From an uncultured Gammaproteobacteria bacterium (lineage in GTDB: Bacteria; Patescibacteriota; Microgenomatia; Daviesbacterales; UBA10151): a stretch of DNA of 64,000 nucleotides. The notes under the pieces are model-generated. The model did not search any database. It was not told where the DNA came from and saw nothing but the letters and a program-made list of their open reading frames with translations. Every line of letters begins with the position of its first letter. Position 1 is the first letter of the stretch. The stretch is taken from positions 17,920 to 81,919 of the forward strand of contig CAZXEW010000030.1 in assembly GCA_964640215.1 (NCBI GenBank), given 5' to 3'. Shown here in pieces: positions 37,666 to 47,955 of this stretch. The translations under genes were made by a program, and so were the position numbers.

Positions 37666-37753
37666 AGAAGGATTATATGTCGAATGTGAATACTGTCAAT
37701 TGGTACTATATATAGTAGCTTGCTAAGCACGGCACACTAGCTATACTACTATC

Positions 37754-38332
37754 ATGGCTGAAAAACGGGTGGTGAATAGGGGGTTTAAAAGGAAGTATTT
37801 CGAGTCGGATAAGGGGTTGGTGATTGTTTATACCGGTGAAGGGAAGGGGAAGACCACGGCGGCGCTGGGGTTGGCTTTGCGCTCGGCCGGGTATAAAAAA
37901 CGGGTGTTGATTGTTCAATTTGGCAAGACTTGGTTTACCGGCGAGATCGAGGGGGTTAAAAAATTAGCGCCGTACGTCAAGCTGATCCAAGGGGGGTTGG
38001 GGTTTGTCAAAATTTTTGATGATAATTCAACTACTCTGGAACACGTCGAGATGGCTAATAAGACCTTTGAGCTGGTCTACGATGAGCTGACATCTGGTAA
38101 ATGGGATGTAGTGGTCGCCGACGAGATTGTCGGGGCGATTGCGGCCAAGTTGTTGAAATTTGAACAAGTCGCAAAATTGATTAAAGATAAACCCTACCGG
38201 GTGGATTTGGTCTTGACCGGTCATTACGCCAGCAAAAATTTGCTGGAACTGGCTGATACAGCCACTGAAATGGTCCAAATTAAGCATGTTTATCAAAAAG
38301 GTATCCTGGCCAAGCCGGGGGTGGATTACTAA
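37754..38332 (+). CDS. btuR: cob(I)yrinic acid a,c-diamide / cob(I)alamin adenosyltransferase (BtuR/CobA/CobO family)
   Basis: VIVYTGEGKGKTTAALGLALR P-loop typical of CobA/BtuR. ~190 aa. Confidence 0.8.
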   Translation: MAEKRVVNRGFKRKYFESDKGLVIVYTGEGKGKTTAALGLALRSAGYKKRVLIVQFGKTWFTGEIEGVKKLAPYVKLIQGGLGFVKIFDDNSTTLEHVEMANKTFELVYDELTSGKWDVVVADEIVGAIAAKLLKFEQVAKLIKDKPYRVDLVLTGHYASKNLLELADTATEMVQIKHVYQKGILAKPGVDY

Positions 38333-38346
38333 TACTATCGGTTTTA

Positions 38347-38359
38347 GGGTTGAACCCTT
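38347..38359. repeat. REP-like 13-nt palindrome AGGGTTGAACCCT downstream of btuR (possible terminator hairpin)
   Basis: Same 6-1-6 architecture as the RAYT-associated AGGGTCCGACCCT. Confidence 0.35.
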
Positions 38360-38573
38360 AATCTTATAGTTTAATGGACCTTTTAAACCAGATGATTTTG
38401 AAGTTGAGGCTGTGGAATTTTTCGGTTTAGACGAGGTTCAGAAGATGATTGATAGTGGTGAAACTTTCGCATCTGAGACGTTGTTTGTTCTGGGGAAGTA
38501 TTTTTGGTTAAAGATGTCGAGCGGATAAATGAAGCAAGGGTAGATTATTAAACCTGAAGAACTTTCAACGATA

Positions 38574-39257
38574 GTGAAGCCAACGTTCGGTTCAATCAGA
38601 GCCGAAGATTTTCGGTTCAAACGGGAATTACCAGCAGATCAGCTCCTGTTGATGTATCGGGATTTTGAGCGGGAATGCATCGATAAACAAGCTACGACTA
38701 TTGCTAGACGAGAGTATAAGAGCCTACCGTTTATTAGAGCAGGTTGGGAGTGGTCGGTTTTTCGACTGGATGATTGGTCAGTGGTAAAAATCCCAGCTGG
38801 GATTTTTACGGAGGTGGCGGACGAGCGATATCTAGAGAATAGTCGAGAGGCTTATTTGCAATTAGGACGCTTTTTTCCAGCAGCATTTATCGCTAAAAGT
38901 CAGTTTCGACGCGAAGATGACTTGAGTATCATCGAGCAGGAATATATCGAAGGACCCTGGGCGATAGAGGTAGTATACGATGAGATTGATTTTCAGTTAA
39001 AGGGTCGGTTAGTTGAATTTTTAAGCGCGGCTAAGCAGATGGTAATGGAGTTGCATTGGAATCCGGATTTTCATCTAAACCCGTCGCCGGCAGGATTTAA
39101 GTTACGTAATACAATGTTGCAAATTTCGACAGGTTTACCAAAACTGATCGATTTTACATCGTTGATTGATACCTATCGAATATTTCCTCAGATGACCGAG
39201 CGGGTGGTGCAACATCAGATTCAGAGGATTGATGAAGTATTAGCCCGGTTAAAATGA
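38574..39257 (+). CDS. hypothetical protein
   Basis: 227-aa ORF. No motifs recognised. Confidence 0.4.
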   Translation: MKPTFGSIRAEDFRFKRELPADQLLLMYRDFERECIDKQATTIARREYKSLPFIRAGWEWSVFRLDDWSVVKIPAGIFTEVADERYLENSREAYLQLGRFFPAAFIAKSQFRREDDLSIIEQEYIEGPWAIEVVYDEIDFQLKGRLVEFLSAAKQMVMELHWNPDFHLNPSPAGFKLRNTMLQISTGLPKLIDFTSLIDTYRIFPQMTERVVQHQIQRIDEVLARLK

Positions 39258-39299
39258 CCTATAATTGATTGTGATCCCGATATTTGTTATTATAGACTC

Positions 39300-40124
39300 A
39301 TGAAATTGCTGTTTGATGTCGGTGGAACAAATATACGGTTAGGGGTTTCTGAGACTGGCGAGAAGATAGATCAGCAGACGATTTTCCCGAATCCGGAAAA
39401 ATTTGAAGATGCTTTGGTTAGGATGTGGGATGAGTCTCGAAAATTAGTTGGTCAACAACCGATCGAGATGGTGGTTGCAGGACTTGCCGCCCCGGTATCT
39501 AAAGATCGTTCACACATATTAAATGGAGGTAATATACCAGCGTGGTTTGACCGGCGTTTGTTAGATGAAATTGGCCGAAAATTTGAAACAGAGAAGGTTT
39601 ATTTAGAAAACGATGCCAAGATGGCTGCCTTGGGGGAGGCGGGATATGGAGCTGCGAAAGGATATGATTATGCGGCTTATTTAACTATTAGTACTGGAGT
39701 TGGGGGTGCGATTGTGCGGGGTGGTCGAGAAGTTCGTGGTTTTGAGCCTGCATATCAGATTGTGGCTTACGACAGGCCGTTGGATCCAATCGAAAATAGA
39801 CATGGATTAGGTGATCAACTGGATGGTTGGAAGATTGCGCAGCGGTATGGGTTGAAAGCAGAACACATCGAAGATCCGCGGGTCTGGAAAGAGATAACTC
39901 GTTGGAGCGGAGTACTGGTTCGGAACACCATCGTTAACCACGATCCTGATATTATCGTAATTGGTGGGTCATTAACCAAAAGTTTGAATTTAGAAGAGAT
40001 AGTCGCGGTGGCTAAGGAGCCGCCTCAAGCATATCCAGAGTTGCCACCAATAGTTTATGCGTCTTTGGGGGATTATGGTGGGTTGTATGGGGCATTGCAG
40101 CTCTCGAATCTGGTTGATAGTTAA
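39300..40124 (+). CDS. ROK family sugar kinase (glucokinase-like)
   Basis: LLFDVGGTNIRLGV N-terminal ATPase motif, ENDAKMAALGE, ISTGVGGAIV. Confidence 0.75.
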   Translation: MKLLFDVGGTNIRLGVSETGEKIDQQTIFPNPEKFEDALVRMWDESRKLVGQQPIEMVVAGLAAPVSKDRSHILNGGNIPAWFDRRLLDEIGRKFETEKVYLENDAKMAALGEAGYGAAKGYDYAAYLTISTGVGGAIVRGGREVRGFEPAYQIVAYDRPLDPIENRHGLGDQLDGWKIAQRYGLKAEHIEDPRVWKEITRWSGVLVRNTIVNHDPDIIVIGGSLTKSLNLEEIVAVAKEPPQAYPELPPIVYASLGDYGGLYGALQLSNLVDS

Positions 40125-40370
40125 GACGGGATTCTGGAGGTGCAGGCTTCCCAGAATGACAGGGTTAGAAGATTGCCACTCCGACGGTTGCTGGATCGTA
40201 ATGACGTGGTAGTGTTTAGCGGTAGTCGGTCAGCGGTAAGCTGATTTGGAGGGTTGACAGGAGTTAGCACTCGTGATAATATTCTGCTAATTATTAAGCG
40301 AAACTCTGAGAATAAAGGTAACTTCTCGACTTCGCTTAGAAGAAAATATAGAGGCTCGGAGAATATATAG

Positions 40371-40413
40371 ATTCCCGCCTTCGCGGGAATGACGAAAATA
40401 AAATGGGAATGAC
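40371..40413. repeat. hairpin repeat element copy (ATTCCCGCCTTCGCGGGAATGAC plus a second GGGAATGAC) ending 2 nt before the lon ATG
   Basis: Read directly. Degenerate relatives at 40130-40200. Confidence 0.6.
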
Positions 40414-40415
40414 GA

Positions 40416-42824
40416 ATGAATATGCCGATTGACGTAATATCACATCCCCTGAAACTCAAAAGCGTGCTGCCGGTTGGACCGCTGCGCGGGACGGTTATTT
40501 ATCCGGGAGCCAATGTGCCGATTATCTGCGGGCGGGCCAAATCGCGCTCTGCCTTGGATGCGGCTTTTGCGACCGATCGGTTGATCGTCTTTGTGACCCA
40601 GAAAAATGAACGGTTGGATGAGCCGACGGTCAAAGATTTGTTTCAGGTCGGGACGGTCTGTCTGATCAAGCGGGTGGTTAGAGTCGAAAACGAGTATCAA
40701 GTTCAGGCTGAGGGTTTGGTGCGGGTCTTTTTGAAAAATTATACCCAGTTGGAGCCTTTCTTTGAGGCCGAAATTGATGAAATCCCGGAGCTGTTTGAGA
40801 AAAATGAAGAGACCGAGGCGCTGAGCCGGACGGTCCGAGAGCAGCTCAAACGCTATTTAGAGCTAAGCGGCAATCCGTGGATTGATCCGACCACTCTTCA
40901 AAACTGGTCGATGTTGTCGTTTAACGACGATCCGAATCAGCTGGTCAATACGATCTGCCAGGCGATTGATTTTAAGACCATTGATAAGCAGCAAATTTTG
41001 GAAACGATCTCGGCGGTCGAGCGGTTACGGAGGGTGTCGGAGCTGCTGGCCAAGGAGCTGAGGATTTTAGAGATTTCCCAGAAAATTTCCTCACATACTC
41101 AGGAGCGGGTGTCGCGAATGACTAAAGAGGCGATTTTGCGTGAGCAGATGCGTTCGATCGAGGAGGAGTTGGGGGAGAATAATGAGAATCAGGAAATTCG
41201 CGAATTTGAATTGAAGATCCGTAAGGCGACCATGCCTAAAGAGGTTCGGGAGAAGGCCATCAAAGAGCTATCGCGGCTGGCCAAGATGTCGACCTATAAC
41301 CCGGAGGCAGGTTATATCCGCAATTATTTGGAATGGCTGACTGATTTGCCCTGGAAGGTGTCTGGCAAGACCAAAGTCGATATGAGATCAGCTGAAAAGA
41401 TTTTGGATGAAGATCATTATGGGCTGAAAAAGGTCAAGGAGCGGATTTTGGAATATTTGGCGGTCTATAAATTGTCGGGCAAAATTAAGGGTCCGATTTT
41501 GTGTTTTGCCGGACCTCCGGGAGTAGGTAAGACGTCGATTGGTAAATCAATTGCCCGCTCTCTTGGGCGAAAATTTGTCAAAGTATCTTTAGGTGGAATA
41601 CGGGATGAGGCGGAGATTCGGGGTCATCGACGAACTTATGTTGGCTCGATGCCGGGGCGAATCGTCCAATCGATCAAGCAGGCCGGGGTGACCAATCCGG
41701 TGTTTATGCTGGATGAGATTGATAAAGTTGGGGCAGACTACCGTGGTGATCCGTCGGCGGCTTTGCTGGAGGCGTTGGATCCGGAGCAAAATAACCAGTT
41801 TTCTGACCATTATTTGGAGGTGCCGTTTGATCTGTCGAATGTGATGTTTATTACGACTGCTAATGTGCTTGATACGATTCCACCGGCCCTGCGGGATCGG
41901 TTAGAGGTGATCCGCTACGCGGGCTACACCCAGGATGAGAAGTTTCATATCGCCAAGAAATATTTGATTCCTAAAACTGTCGAGTCGAGCGGGTTGAAGC
42001 CTAATCAGATCGAGTTTGAAGATAAAGCGGTTGAAAAGATCATTGATAGTTATACTCGTGAGGCTGGAGTGCGCAGTTTGGAGCGGGAGATTGCGGGAGT
42101 GGTCCGAAAAGTGGTCCGTAAGATCGCTGATGGAGATGTCAAAAAGACCTTTGTAGTGACCAGCGAAGAGATTGAAAAGCTGCTGGGGCCGATTAAGTTC
42201 TTTCCGCAGCTGGCTGAGATTGAAGATATGGTTGGTGCGACTACGGGGTTGGCTTGGACTGAAGCTGGTGGGGATATTTTGTTTATCGAAGTGTCGTTGA
42301 TGCCAGGTCGAGGCCAAATTGTGCTGACCGGGCAGCTTGGAGATGTGATGAAGGAGTCGGCACAGGCGGCGATGTCGTATGTCCGCTCAAACTGGCACAA
42401 GATCGGTCTGCCGGAGCGGTTTTTCCATAAAGTTGATGTCCATGTCCATGTGCCGGACGGCGCGACTCCCAAAGATGGCCCATCAGCCGGGAGTGCGTTG
42501 ACCACGGCGATTGTGTCGGCTTTTACTAAGGTGCCGGTTCGAAAAGACGTGGCGATGACCGGTGAGGTGACACTGAGAGGTCGGGTGTTGGAGATCGGGG
42601 GTTTGAAGGAAAAAGTGATAGCGGCTCACCGGGCTGGAGTCAAAACCGTGATTGCTCCTGAAAATAATCGAAAAGACCTGGAGGATATTCCAGATTACGT
42701 TCGAAACGAGATGAATTTTGTGTTTGTCAAACACATGGATGATGTTTTGGCCGTCGCCCTGTCACGCCCACCGGTTGCCGGCAGCCTCAAACACCGCCCT
42801 CTCCCCGCTCCGGCGTTTGCCTAG
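40416..42824 (+). CDS. lon: ATP-dependent protease La (Lon)
   Basis: Lon N-domain, Walker A GPPGVGKTS, and a protease domain with PKDGPSAG around the catalytic Ser. Confidence 0.9.
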   Translation: MNMPIDVISHPLKLKSVLPVGPLRGTVIYPGANVPIICGRAKSRSALDAAFATDRLIVFVTQKNERLDEPTVKDLFQVGTVCLIKRVVRVENEYQVQAEGLVRVFLKNYTQLEPFFEAEIDEIPELFEKNEETEALSRTVREQLKRYLELSGNPWIDPTTLQNWSMLSFNDDPNQLVNTICQAIDFKTIDKQQILETISAVERLRRVSELLAKELRILEISQKISSHTQERVSRMTKEAILREQMRSIEEELGENNENQEIREFELKIRKATMPKEVREKAIKELSRLAKMSTYNPEAGYIRNYLEWLTDLPWKVSGKTKVDMRSAEKILDEDHYGLKKVKERILEYLAVYKLSGKIKGPILCFAGPPGVGKTSIGKSIARSLGRKFVKVSLGGIRDEAEIRGHRRTYVGSMPGRIVQSIKQAGVTNPVFMLDEIDKVGADYRGDPSAALLEALDPEQNNQFSDHYLEVPFDLSNVMFITTANVLDTIPPALRDRLEVIRYAGYTQDEKFHIAKKYLIPKTVESSGLKPNQIEFEDKAVEKIIDSYTREAGVRSLEREIAGVVRKVVRKIADGDVKKTFVVTSEEIEKLLGPIKFFPQLAEIEDMVGATTGLAWTEAGGDILFIEVSLMPGRGQIVLTGQLGDVMKESAQAAMSYVRSNWHKIGLPERFFHKVDVHVHVPDGATPKDGPSAGSALTTAIVSAFTKVPVRKDVAMTGEVTLRGRVLEIGGLKEKVIAAHRAGVKTVIAPENNRKDLEDIPDYVRNEMNFVFVKHMDDVLAVALSRPPVAGSLKHRPLPAPAFA

Positions 42825-42834
42825 GTTAATGCAG

Positions 42835-43365
42835 TCAGCGAAACATTGCACGGTTAGCTATTTCGTCTAGCATGTCACGCATATCTAATTCATCCTCATC
42901 TATGATTGGTCCTATTTCGCGAGTTAATAATTGAAAAAATCGATTTTCAACTGAGTCTGATTTAGGAGTGTAGTGGATTTTAAGATAGTCAAGTTCGGCC
43001 AAATGTCGTTTTTTCCGTCTGTTATCTGGAGCAAAGCTGCTGATGTCAAGTAAGTGTCGTAGGTCGGGGTAATATATTTCTGGTTCGCTGAAACCAAAGA
43101 TAAACTGGCCGACTTTTGTGGTTGCTGCCCAAGCTTGGCTAAAATATTCTTGGGTAGTTCGGTTGTGGCGACTAATTGCAACTTGGCGTTGGTGCTCAAA
43201 AAGGGTTGCTAAGTCAGAATCTGTTTTTGCATCAAAAACATAGTCGGGGTTAAAGTGGCGATAGCCGTAAAAGTCCTCCATGTACGGAATGATGTACTTT
43301 GGAGTTGATTTTGTTATACGTTCAAGATGATGACTCATTAGGAGGATTTTAGACCTGATGGTCAT
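42835..43365 (-). CDS. hypothetical protein
   Basis: 176-aa ORF. No motifs recognised. Confidence 0.4.
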   Translation of the reverse strand: MTIRSKILLMSHHLERITKSTPKYIIPYMEDFYGYRHFNPDYVFDAKTDSDLATLFEHQRQVAISRHNRTTQEYFSQAWAATTKVGQFIFGFSEPEIYYPDLRHLLDISSFAPDNRRKKRHLAELDYLKIHYTPKSDSVENRFFQLLTREIGPIIDEDELDMRDMLDEIANRAMFR

Positions 43366-43445
43366 AAAAAATCAAGTATATGTTAATTGGCTTGACACTG
43401 GTGGTATTATATCTGTATAAAAAGTAAAAAAAAAGGGAGTGTTTT

Positions 43446-43802
43446 ATGAGCTTAAATATACAGCAGAAGTATCATCTACCCTCAGAAATAGAGGTAGCAA
43501 TCAGTCGTAGTAAAAATGAATATTATGCGAAATTGACTGATTACCCTGGATGTTTCACTGTGGCCGACAGTTGGTTGGAATTAATTCAAAATATTACTGA
43601 TGCTGTTTTAACCTATTTTGAAGTTCCCAGAGAAGAGGCCCAGAATTGTAACATTTATTATTTACCGACTATGCCGGAATTGGTGGATTTTGAGAGTAGG
43701 GTGAGCCAGCCATCTTCGGATTCTCGAATTAGTGCGAAGTTTTTGTACCTTTACCATTCTGCCCAGAACGGTTCTTATGCCAAGCATTCCCGTATTCGGT
43801 AG
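43446..43802 (+). CDS. hicB: HicB-like antitoxin (UPF0150 fold)
   Basis: YYAKLTDYPGCFTVADSWLELIQNITDAV resembles the HicB N-terminal domain (xxxPGCxxxGxTxEEA pattern). Confidence 0.5.
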   Translation: MSLNIQQKYHLPSEIEVAISRSKNEYYAKLTDYPGCFTVADSWLELIQNITDAVLTYFEVPREEAQNCNIYYLPTMPELVDFESRVSQPSSDSRISAKFLYLYHSAQNGSYAKHSRIR

Positions 43803-44076
43803 AAAACAAGCAGAGAAGGGGTTGAAGATTTTAGGATTTGAGATATACGAGGATAGGGGTAAAGGTGGACATGGGTTAGCTAAACACCCGACCAGAAAGC
43901 CAGATCCGCTACGACAAATTGCGAATATAACCATCCCTCATACAAAAAATAAAGCTTTTGATGATCCTAATTTACGAAGTGATTTCGTCAAGGAAGTGAT
44001 GGCTTTTGGTTTTACAAAGGAGCAAGTTATAGCTGCGTTAACTGGTAAAAAGGGCAGCATTCTTAATGCGGCTTGA
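43777..44076 (+). CDS. hicA: HicA-like mRNA interferase toxin (YcfA family) with C-terminal extension
   Basis: KGLKILGFEIYEDRGKGGHGLAKHP ... ITIPHTKNKAF matches the HicA dsRBD-like motif (GSHxxxxHP ... PxHxxKxL). The start is taken at internal MPSIPVF; the ORF-track start at 43732 overlaps hicB more. Confidence 0.5.
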   Translation: MPSIPVFGRKQAEKGLKILGFEIYEDRGKGGHGLAKHPTRKPDPLRQIANITIPHTKNKAFDDPNLRSDFVKEVMAFGFTKEQVIAALTGKKGSILNAA

Positions 44077-44220
44077 CTCGTGAGGCTATTTTTAGTAAAT
44101 TTAACCAATTATAAGGACCTGCGTCGAGCTTCGGTGAGGGATAATTATACCTCGCTCTAGCAGAACCTTGCCTTTTTAATTTAAAAGCAGCTATCATAGT
44201 TTAAAGGGGAAATTAAAAAC

Positions 44221-44727
44221 GTGAACATTAAGAACTTACCTAGAGGGAAAAAATATCCGGAAGAGTTTAATTTGGTGGTGGAGATGCCGAAAAAGTCGCA
44301 CAATAAGTACGAGTATGATGAGGAGCTCGATATTATCAAAATCGATCGGGTATTTTATTCGGCGATGGCGCTGCCGCTGGATTATGGCTTTATTCCGCAA
44401 ACCCGATCAGAGGACGGGGATCATTTGGATGGAATCGTGCTGCTGGATGATCCGGCTTATCCTGGCATAATGGTGCCTTGCCGACCGGTTGGGGTGCTGT
44501 ATATGGTTGATTCCGGTGAAAAAGATGAAAAAATTATCGCCGTGCCAGTTGATGATCCGAGATATAAACATGTTACCGAGCTTGATCAATTGGGGGAGCA
44601 CTTGCAGAAAGAGCTGACTCATTATTTTGAAAACTACAAAACTTTACAAGGCAAAAAGGTCGAGGTAACAGGCTGGGGAAATCGCGAACAAGCTCTTAAA
44701 GTAATGAACGAATCGGTTGAAAAATAA
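44221..44727 (+). CDS. ppa: inorganic pyrophosphatase (family I)
   Basis: VVEMPKKSHNKYEYD, DGDHLDGIVLLDD, KIIAVPVDDPRY. Confidence 0.85.
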   Translation: MNIKNLPRGKKYPEEFNLVVEMPKKSHNKYEYDEELDIIKIDRVFYSAMALPLDYGFIPQTRSEDGDHLDGIVLLDDPAYPGIMVPCRPVGVLYMVDSGEKDEKIIAVPVDDPRYKHVTELDQLGEHLQKELTHYFENYKTLQGKKVEVTGWGNREQALKVMNESVEK

Positions 44728-45478
44728 TCCCGAGTTGCCTCAAATAATCCAAGAAAACATTTCTCCGACCGCGGTGGTTTCACAGGTCGATGAGTTAGTT
44801 TGGCGAATAGACAGTAATTCAGAGCCTCAAAGTTATGAGGGTAAAACTCTATCAGCTAAAGCTGAGAAGAAACCGCGACCATCAGGTCGCGGAGCTTCAT
44901 TAATCGTTAGCGGTCCGTCTGGGGTGGGAAAGGATACTGTTGTGAACTTGCTTGACTGGGCGAAGTTTACCCGGGTTCGGACAGCCACGACTAGGCAGAG
45001 GCGAGAAGGTGAGGGTGAGGATGATTATTATTGGTTGAGCCGGGAGGAGTTTGAGGACTTGGAAGGACGAGGGGAGTTCATTGAAACGAATCAATATGCA
45101 GAAAATTGGTATGGAACTTGGCGGGTCAAGGTGGAAGAGGTGATGGGTGGGGGGAAGATACCGGTTTTCAGGATTGATCCCAGAGGAGCCAGACATCTCA
45201 AAGAATTACAGCAGGAGGGAGAGAGGTTATTTCAAGGGACTAGGTTGGTCTATTTCTTTGTGGTGACTGAAAGTGAGGAAGAGTTGAGGGAGCGATTGGT
45301 TGGTCGGGGTTTGAGGGGGGCTGTTGATGAAAATTTGGAAAAACGGCTTGATATTATGAAGGAAGATTTAAGTTTAATGAAATACGCGGATTTTGTGGTG
45401 ATGAATGAATTTGGGAAAGAGGCAGAGGCGGCAGCGGAAATAGAGAAACAGGTGTTAGATTTGGCTCAAGAACGATAG
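44717..45478 (+). CDS. gmk: guanylate kinase with ~65-aa N-terminal extension
   Basis: SGPSGVGKDT P-loop. TTRQRREGE..GEDDYYWLSREEFE. Confidence 0.8.
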   Translation: MKNNPELPQIIQENISPTAVVSQVDELVWRIDSNSEPQSYEGKTLSAKAEKKPRPSGRGASLIVSGPSGVGKDTVVNLLDWAKFTRVRTATTRQRREGEGEDDYYWLSREEFEDLEGRGEFIETNQYAENWYGTWRVKVEEVMGGGKIPVFRIDPRGARHLKELQQEGERLFQGTRLVYFFVVTESEEELRERLVGRGLRGAVDENLEKRLDIMKEDLSLMKYADFVVMNEFGKEAEAAAEIEKQVLDLAQER

Positions 45479-45672
45479 GGTGTCTTTGGATTTTGGAGTT
45501 TTTGTTCGTGTTCGAGGACATTGGTGGCGACGCGGTCGAGTTTTTGACCAACTTTTGCCAGATCTTCTTTTGTGGCTAATGTTTCGAATACGGGGAAAAG
45601 TACTTCTTTCATAACATCGACGATGATATCTCTGATATCTTCTTTGTCCTGAGTCGTTAACATTGTCGGCAT
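45466..45672 (-). CDS. hypothetical small protein
   Basis: 68-aa ORF with weak similarity to 59945..60238. Confidence 0.3.
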   Translation of the reverse strand: MPTMLTTQDKEDIRDIIVDVMKEVLFPVFETLATKEDLAKVGQKLDRVATNVLEHEQKLQNPKTPYRS

Positions 45673-45704
45673 ATTCTAGTCTTCTGGTTTTGGGTAGTCA
45701 ATAG

Positions 45705-46181
45705 TTAAATAGAAGTGGCTGGAGGCGTCGGATTGGGGTTGGGAGAGCCGGCTTGTTTACCGGCGAGAGCATTTTGGATTTCATTAACAATCTGCCCAGG
45801 AGTATAGGAGGCTTTGATTAGATAGCCTTGGGCCCCAAGTTCGAAGCCTTCTTTGATAACGGCATCCTGGCCGAGGTTGGTTAGAAGTAGAATCGGCATT
45901 TGGGAGTTGGGATTTTTGGCGCGCCACTCCTTGAGGAGCTCGAGGCCGTTAATCCCAGGCAACATGATATCGAGCAGTAGTAAATCGAAGGTTTGGCTGT
46001 TGAGTTGCTGGAGACCGGTGGTACCATCATGGGCAATTTGGACGGCGAAGCCGGCGCCGGTGAGTTGCCTGGAATAAAGATCAGCGATGAATGTCTCATC
46101 TTCGACCAACAAGATTTTCTTAGGTTGAGCGGTTGGCGGTTGAGTTGGTGGTGAAGGGGGTTGTGGGTCCATTACCTTCAA
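45705..46181 (-). CDS. response regulator receiver-domain protein (stand-alone CheY-like)
   Basis: KKILLVEDE ... DLLLLDIMLPGINGLELL ... receiver motifs. Pro-rich N-terminal tail. Confidence 0.8.
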   Translation of the reverse strand: MKVMDPQPPSPPTQPPTAQPKKILLVEDETFIADLYSRQLTGAGFAVQIAHDGTTGLQQLNSQTFDLLLLDIMLPGINGLELLKEWRAKNPNSQMPILLLTNLGQDAVIKEGFELGAQGYLIKASYTPGQIVNEIQNALAGKQAGSPNPNPTPPATSI

Positions 46182-46183
46182 GG

Positions 46184-47662
46184 TTATTCGCTTTTGTGCT
46201 GAAAGTCAATCCTTTGTAAGTTGGATGGAAGGGGTTGTTGTTGGACTATTGGCAGTGAAAAGTAGAAAGTGGAGCCCTGGTTGAGAGTGGATTCGACCCA
46301 GATGCGGCCGTGGTGCAAGTCGATGATCGATTTGGCAAGGTAGAGGCCAAGGCCGGTGCCTTTGGAGTTGCTGGAGGTGTCGAGGGCGCCTTGGACACGG
46401 AAAAATTTAGTAAAAAGGTGGGCGAGCGCTTCCTGTGGGATGCCGACACCGGTATCTTTGACAAAAGTGACGATTTCCTTGTTGTCTGTTTTGGCTCCAA
46501 CCGTGATGTTACCACCTTCTTTGGTGTAATTGATGGCATTTCCGATAATATTATTTAAAACTTCGGCGATTCTGATTGGGTCAGCTAAAACTTGGGGTAG
46601 TGGGAAGGTGGTGGTGTCGAGAGTCAGAGAGATATTCTTTTGGGCAGCCTGGAGGCGATTATCTTCAACCATTTTGGTCAGGAGAGTTTGCCAATCGACA
46701 TGTTGAGTAGTGATAGAGAAGGCATTGCGCTCGACTTTAGAGACATTGAGGAGGTTTTCGATCAGCGAGTTGAGTTGTTTGGCACTAATCATAATCCGAT
46801 CCAAAAATTCGGTCTGGACTTTGTTGAATGTAGCTTTATTTTCATCCATAAAAACCGACAAATAACCGATGATGCTGGTTAGGGGTGTTCGGAGTTCGTG
46901 GGAAGCCATTGAAACGAAATCAATTTGGATGCCTTGGAGAGCTTTTTCCTTACTGACGTCGTGTAGAATCAGCAGGCATTTGAGGTTGTTGGCTGTTTGA
47001 CTGACGATCTGAGAGGTTTGGACTTTGACAGAATTTTGGAGGTTGTTTTTGCCGACAATTGTTAGGGTTTCGGGTAGGGTGTTTTGAGAGAGGTGGTTGG
47101 GGTTGCAGAGCATTGCCAGATCAACTTTTATCCCATCTTTTTCGTTAAAACGGACGAAATTATCAAGGGCTTTGTATTCGAGTTCTTGGTTGGTGTAGCC
47201 GGTCAGTTTTTGAGCGGTGGAGTTTTGGATCACGACTTGATTGTTGAAATCAAGGGCGATAACTCCGTCAGAGACGGCGTTGATAATCGAGGCCATTTTG
47301 AGTTTTTCCGAGTCGAGTGAAAGCTGATATTGGGTGAGGCGGCCGGAAGAAGTTTTGAGATGAGTGGAGAAATCAGTAATAATTTGGGCCAATTGGCCGA
47401 TTTCATCCGAGGTTTTGACGGTGAGCGGGTTTTGAAAATTGCCTTGGAGGAAAAGATTAGCGGTAATCAGAATTTTATTTAGTGGGTGAAGCAGCACGAA
47501 AATTGCGGCGATAAGGACCGAAAAAACGACCAGTGAGATGAGAGCAAGAAGTATTTTATCGCTGAGGAAAAAAACAGAGCTGATTTGGATGACAGCGGCC
47601 AAAATGATGATGACCGAGAATTTAGTAACGAGCGGAAATTTGGGTTTGGTTGTTGGTGGCAT
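46184..47662 (-). CDS. sensor histidine kinase (TM, HAMP, PAS, HisKA, HATPase_c)
   Basis: H-box HELRTPLTSIIGY and G2 box GTGLGLYLAKS. Confidence 0.8.
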   Translation of the reverse strand: MPPTTKPKFPLVTKFSVIIILAAVIQISSVFFLSDKILLALISLVVFSVLIAAIFVLLHPLNKILITANLFLQGNFQNPLTVKTSDEIGQLAQIITDFSTHLKTSSGRLTQYQLSLDSEKLKMASIINAVSDGVIALDFNNQVVIQNSTAQKLTGYTNQELEYKALDNFVRFNEKDGIKVDLAMLCNPNHLSQNTLPETLTIVGKNNLQNSVKVQTSQIVSQTANNLKCLLILHDVSKEKALQGIQIDFVSMASHELRTPLTSIIGYLSVFMDENKATFNKVQTEFLDRIMISAKQLNSLIENLLNVSKVERNAFSITTQHVDWQTLLTKMVEDNRLQAAQKNISLTLDTTTFPLPQVLADPIRIAEVLNNIIGNAINYTKEGGNITVGAKTDNKEIVTFVKDTGVGIPQEALAHLFTKFFRVQGALDTSSNSKGTGLGLYLAKSIIDLHHGRIWVESTLNQGSTFYFSLPIVQQQPLPSNLQRIDFQHKSE

Positions 47663-47875
47663 TAGTCATTTTCCATCGTAACAGCCAAGTTGGTTCTTGA
47701 CAAGGTTGGGGAAGATGTCTAGACTAGAATTCCAGAGGCATGAACTGCTGGAGATTTATTAGAATCAAAAAAACGATAAAAAAAGTAAATATGTGTTGTC
47801 GTTTTGAGCCGAGAGGCTCTATTTTTTTGGGAAAAAATTGTCATCCCCGATCCAATCGGGGATCCAGTTGGATAG

Positions 47876-47932
47876 ATTCCCGCCTCCGCGGGAATGACAA
47901 AGGGAGCGAGGATGATAATGGGAGGAATGACA
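47876..47932. repeat. hairpin repeat element copy (ATTCCCGCCTCCGCGGGAATGAC plus GGATGATAATGGGAGGAATGAC), preceded by a second hairpin TCATCCCCGATCCAATCGGGGATCC
   Basis: Read directly. Sits in the promoter region of the AsnA-like gene. Confidence 0.6.
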
Positions 47933-47955
47933 GGATTAGAAAGGAGGTGATAAAG

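Noticed and set aside
47740-47955. 5' extension of the AsnA-like ORF (ORF-track start at 47740)
   Set aside because: The extension is built from the hairpin repeat elements (it reads ...SRLRGNDKGSEDDNGRND...). A strong SD plus ATG at 47956 marks the real start.
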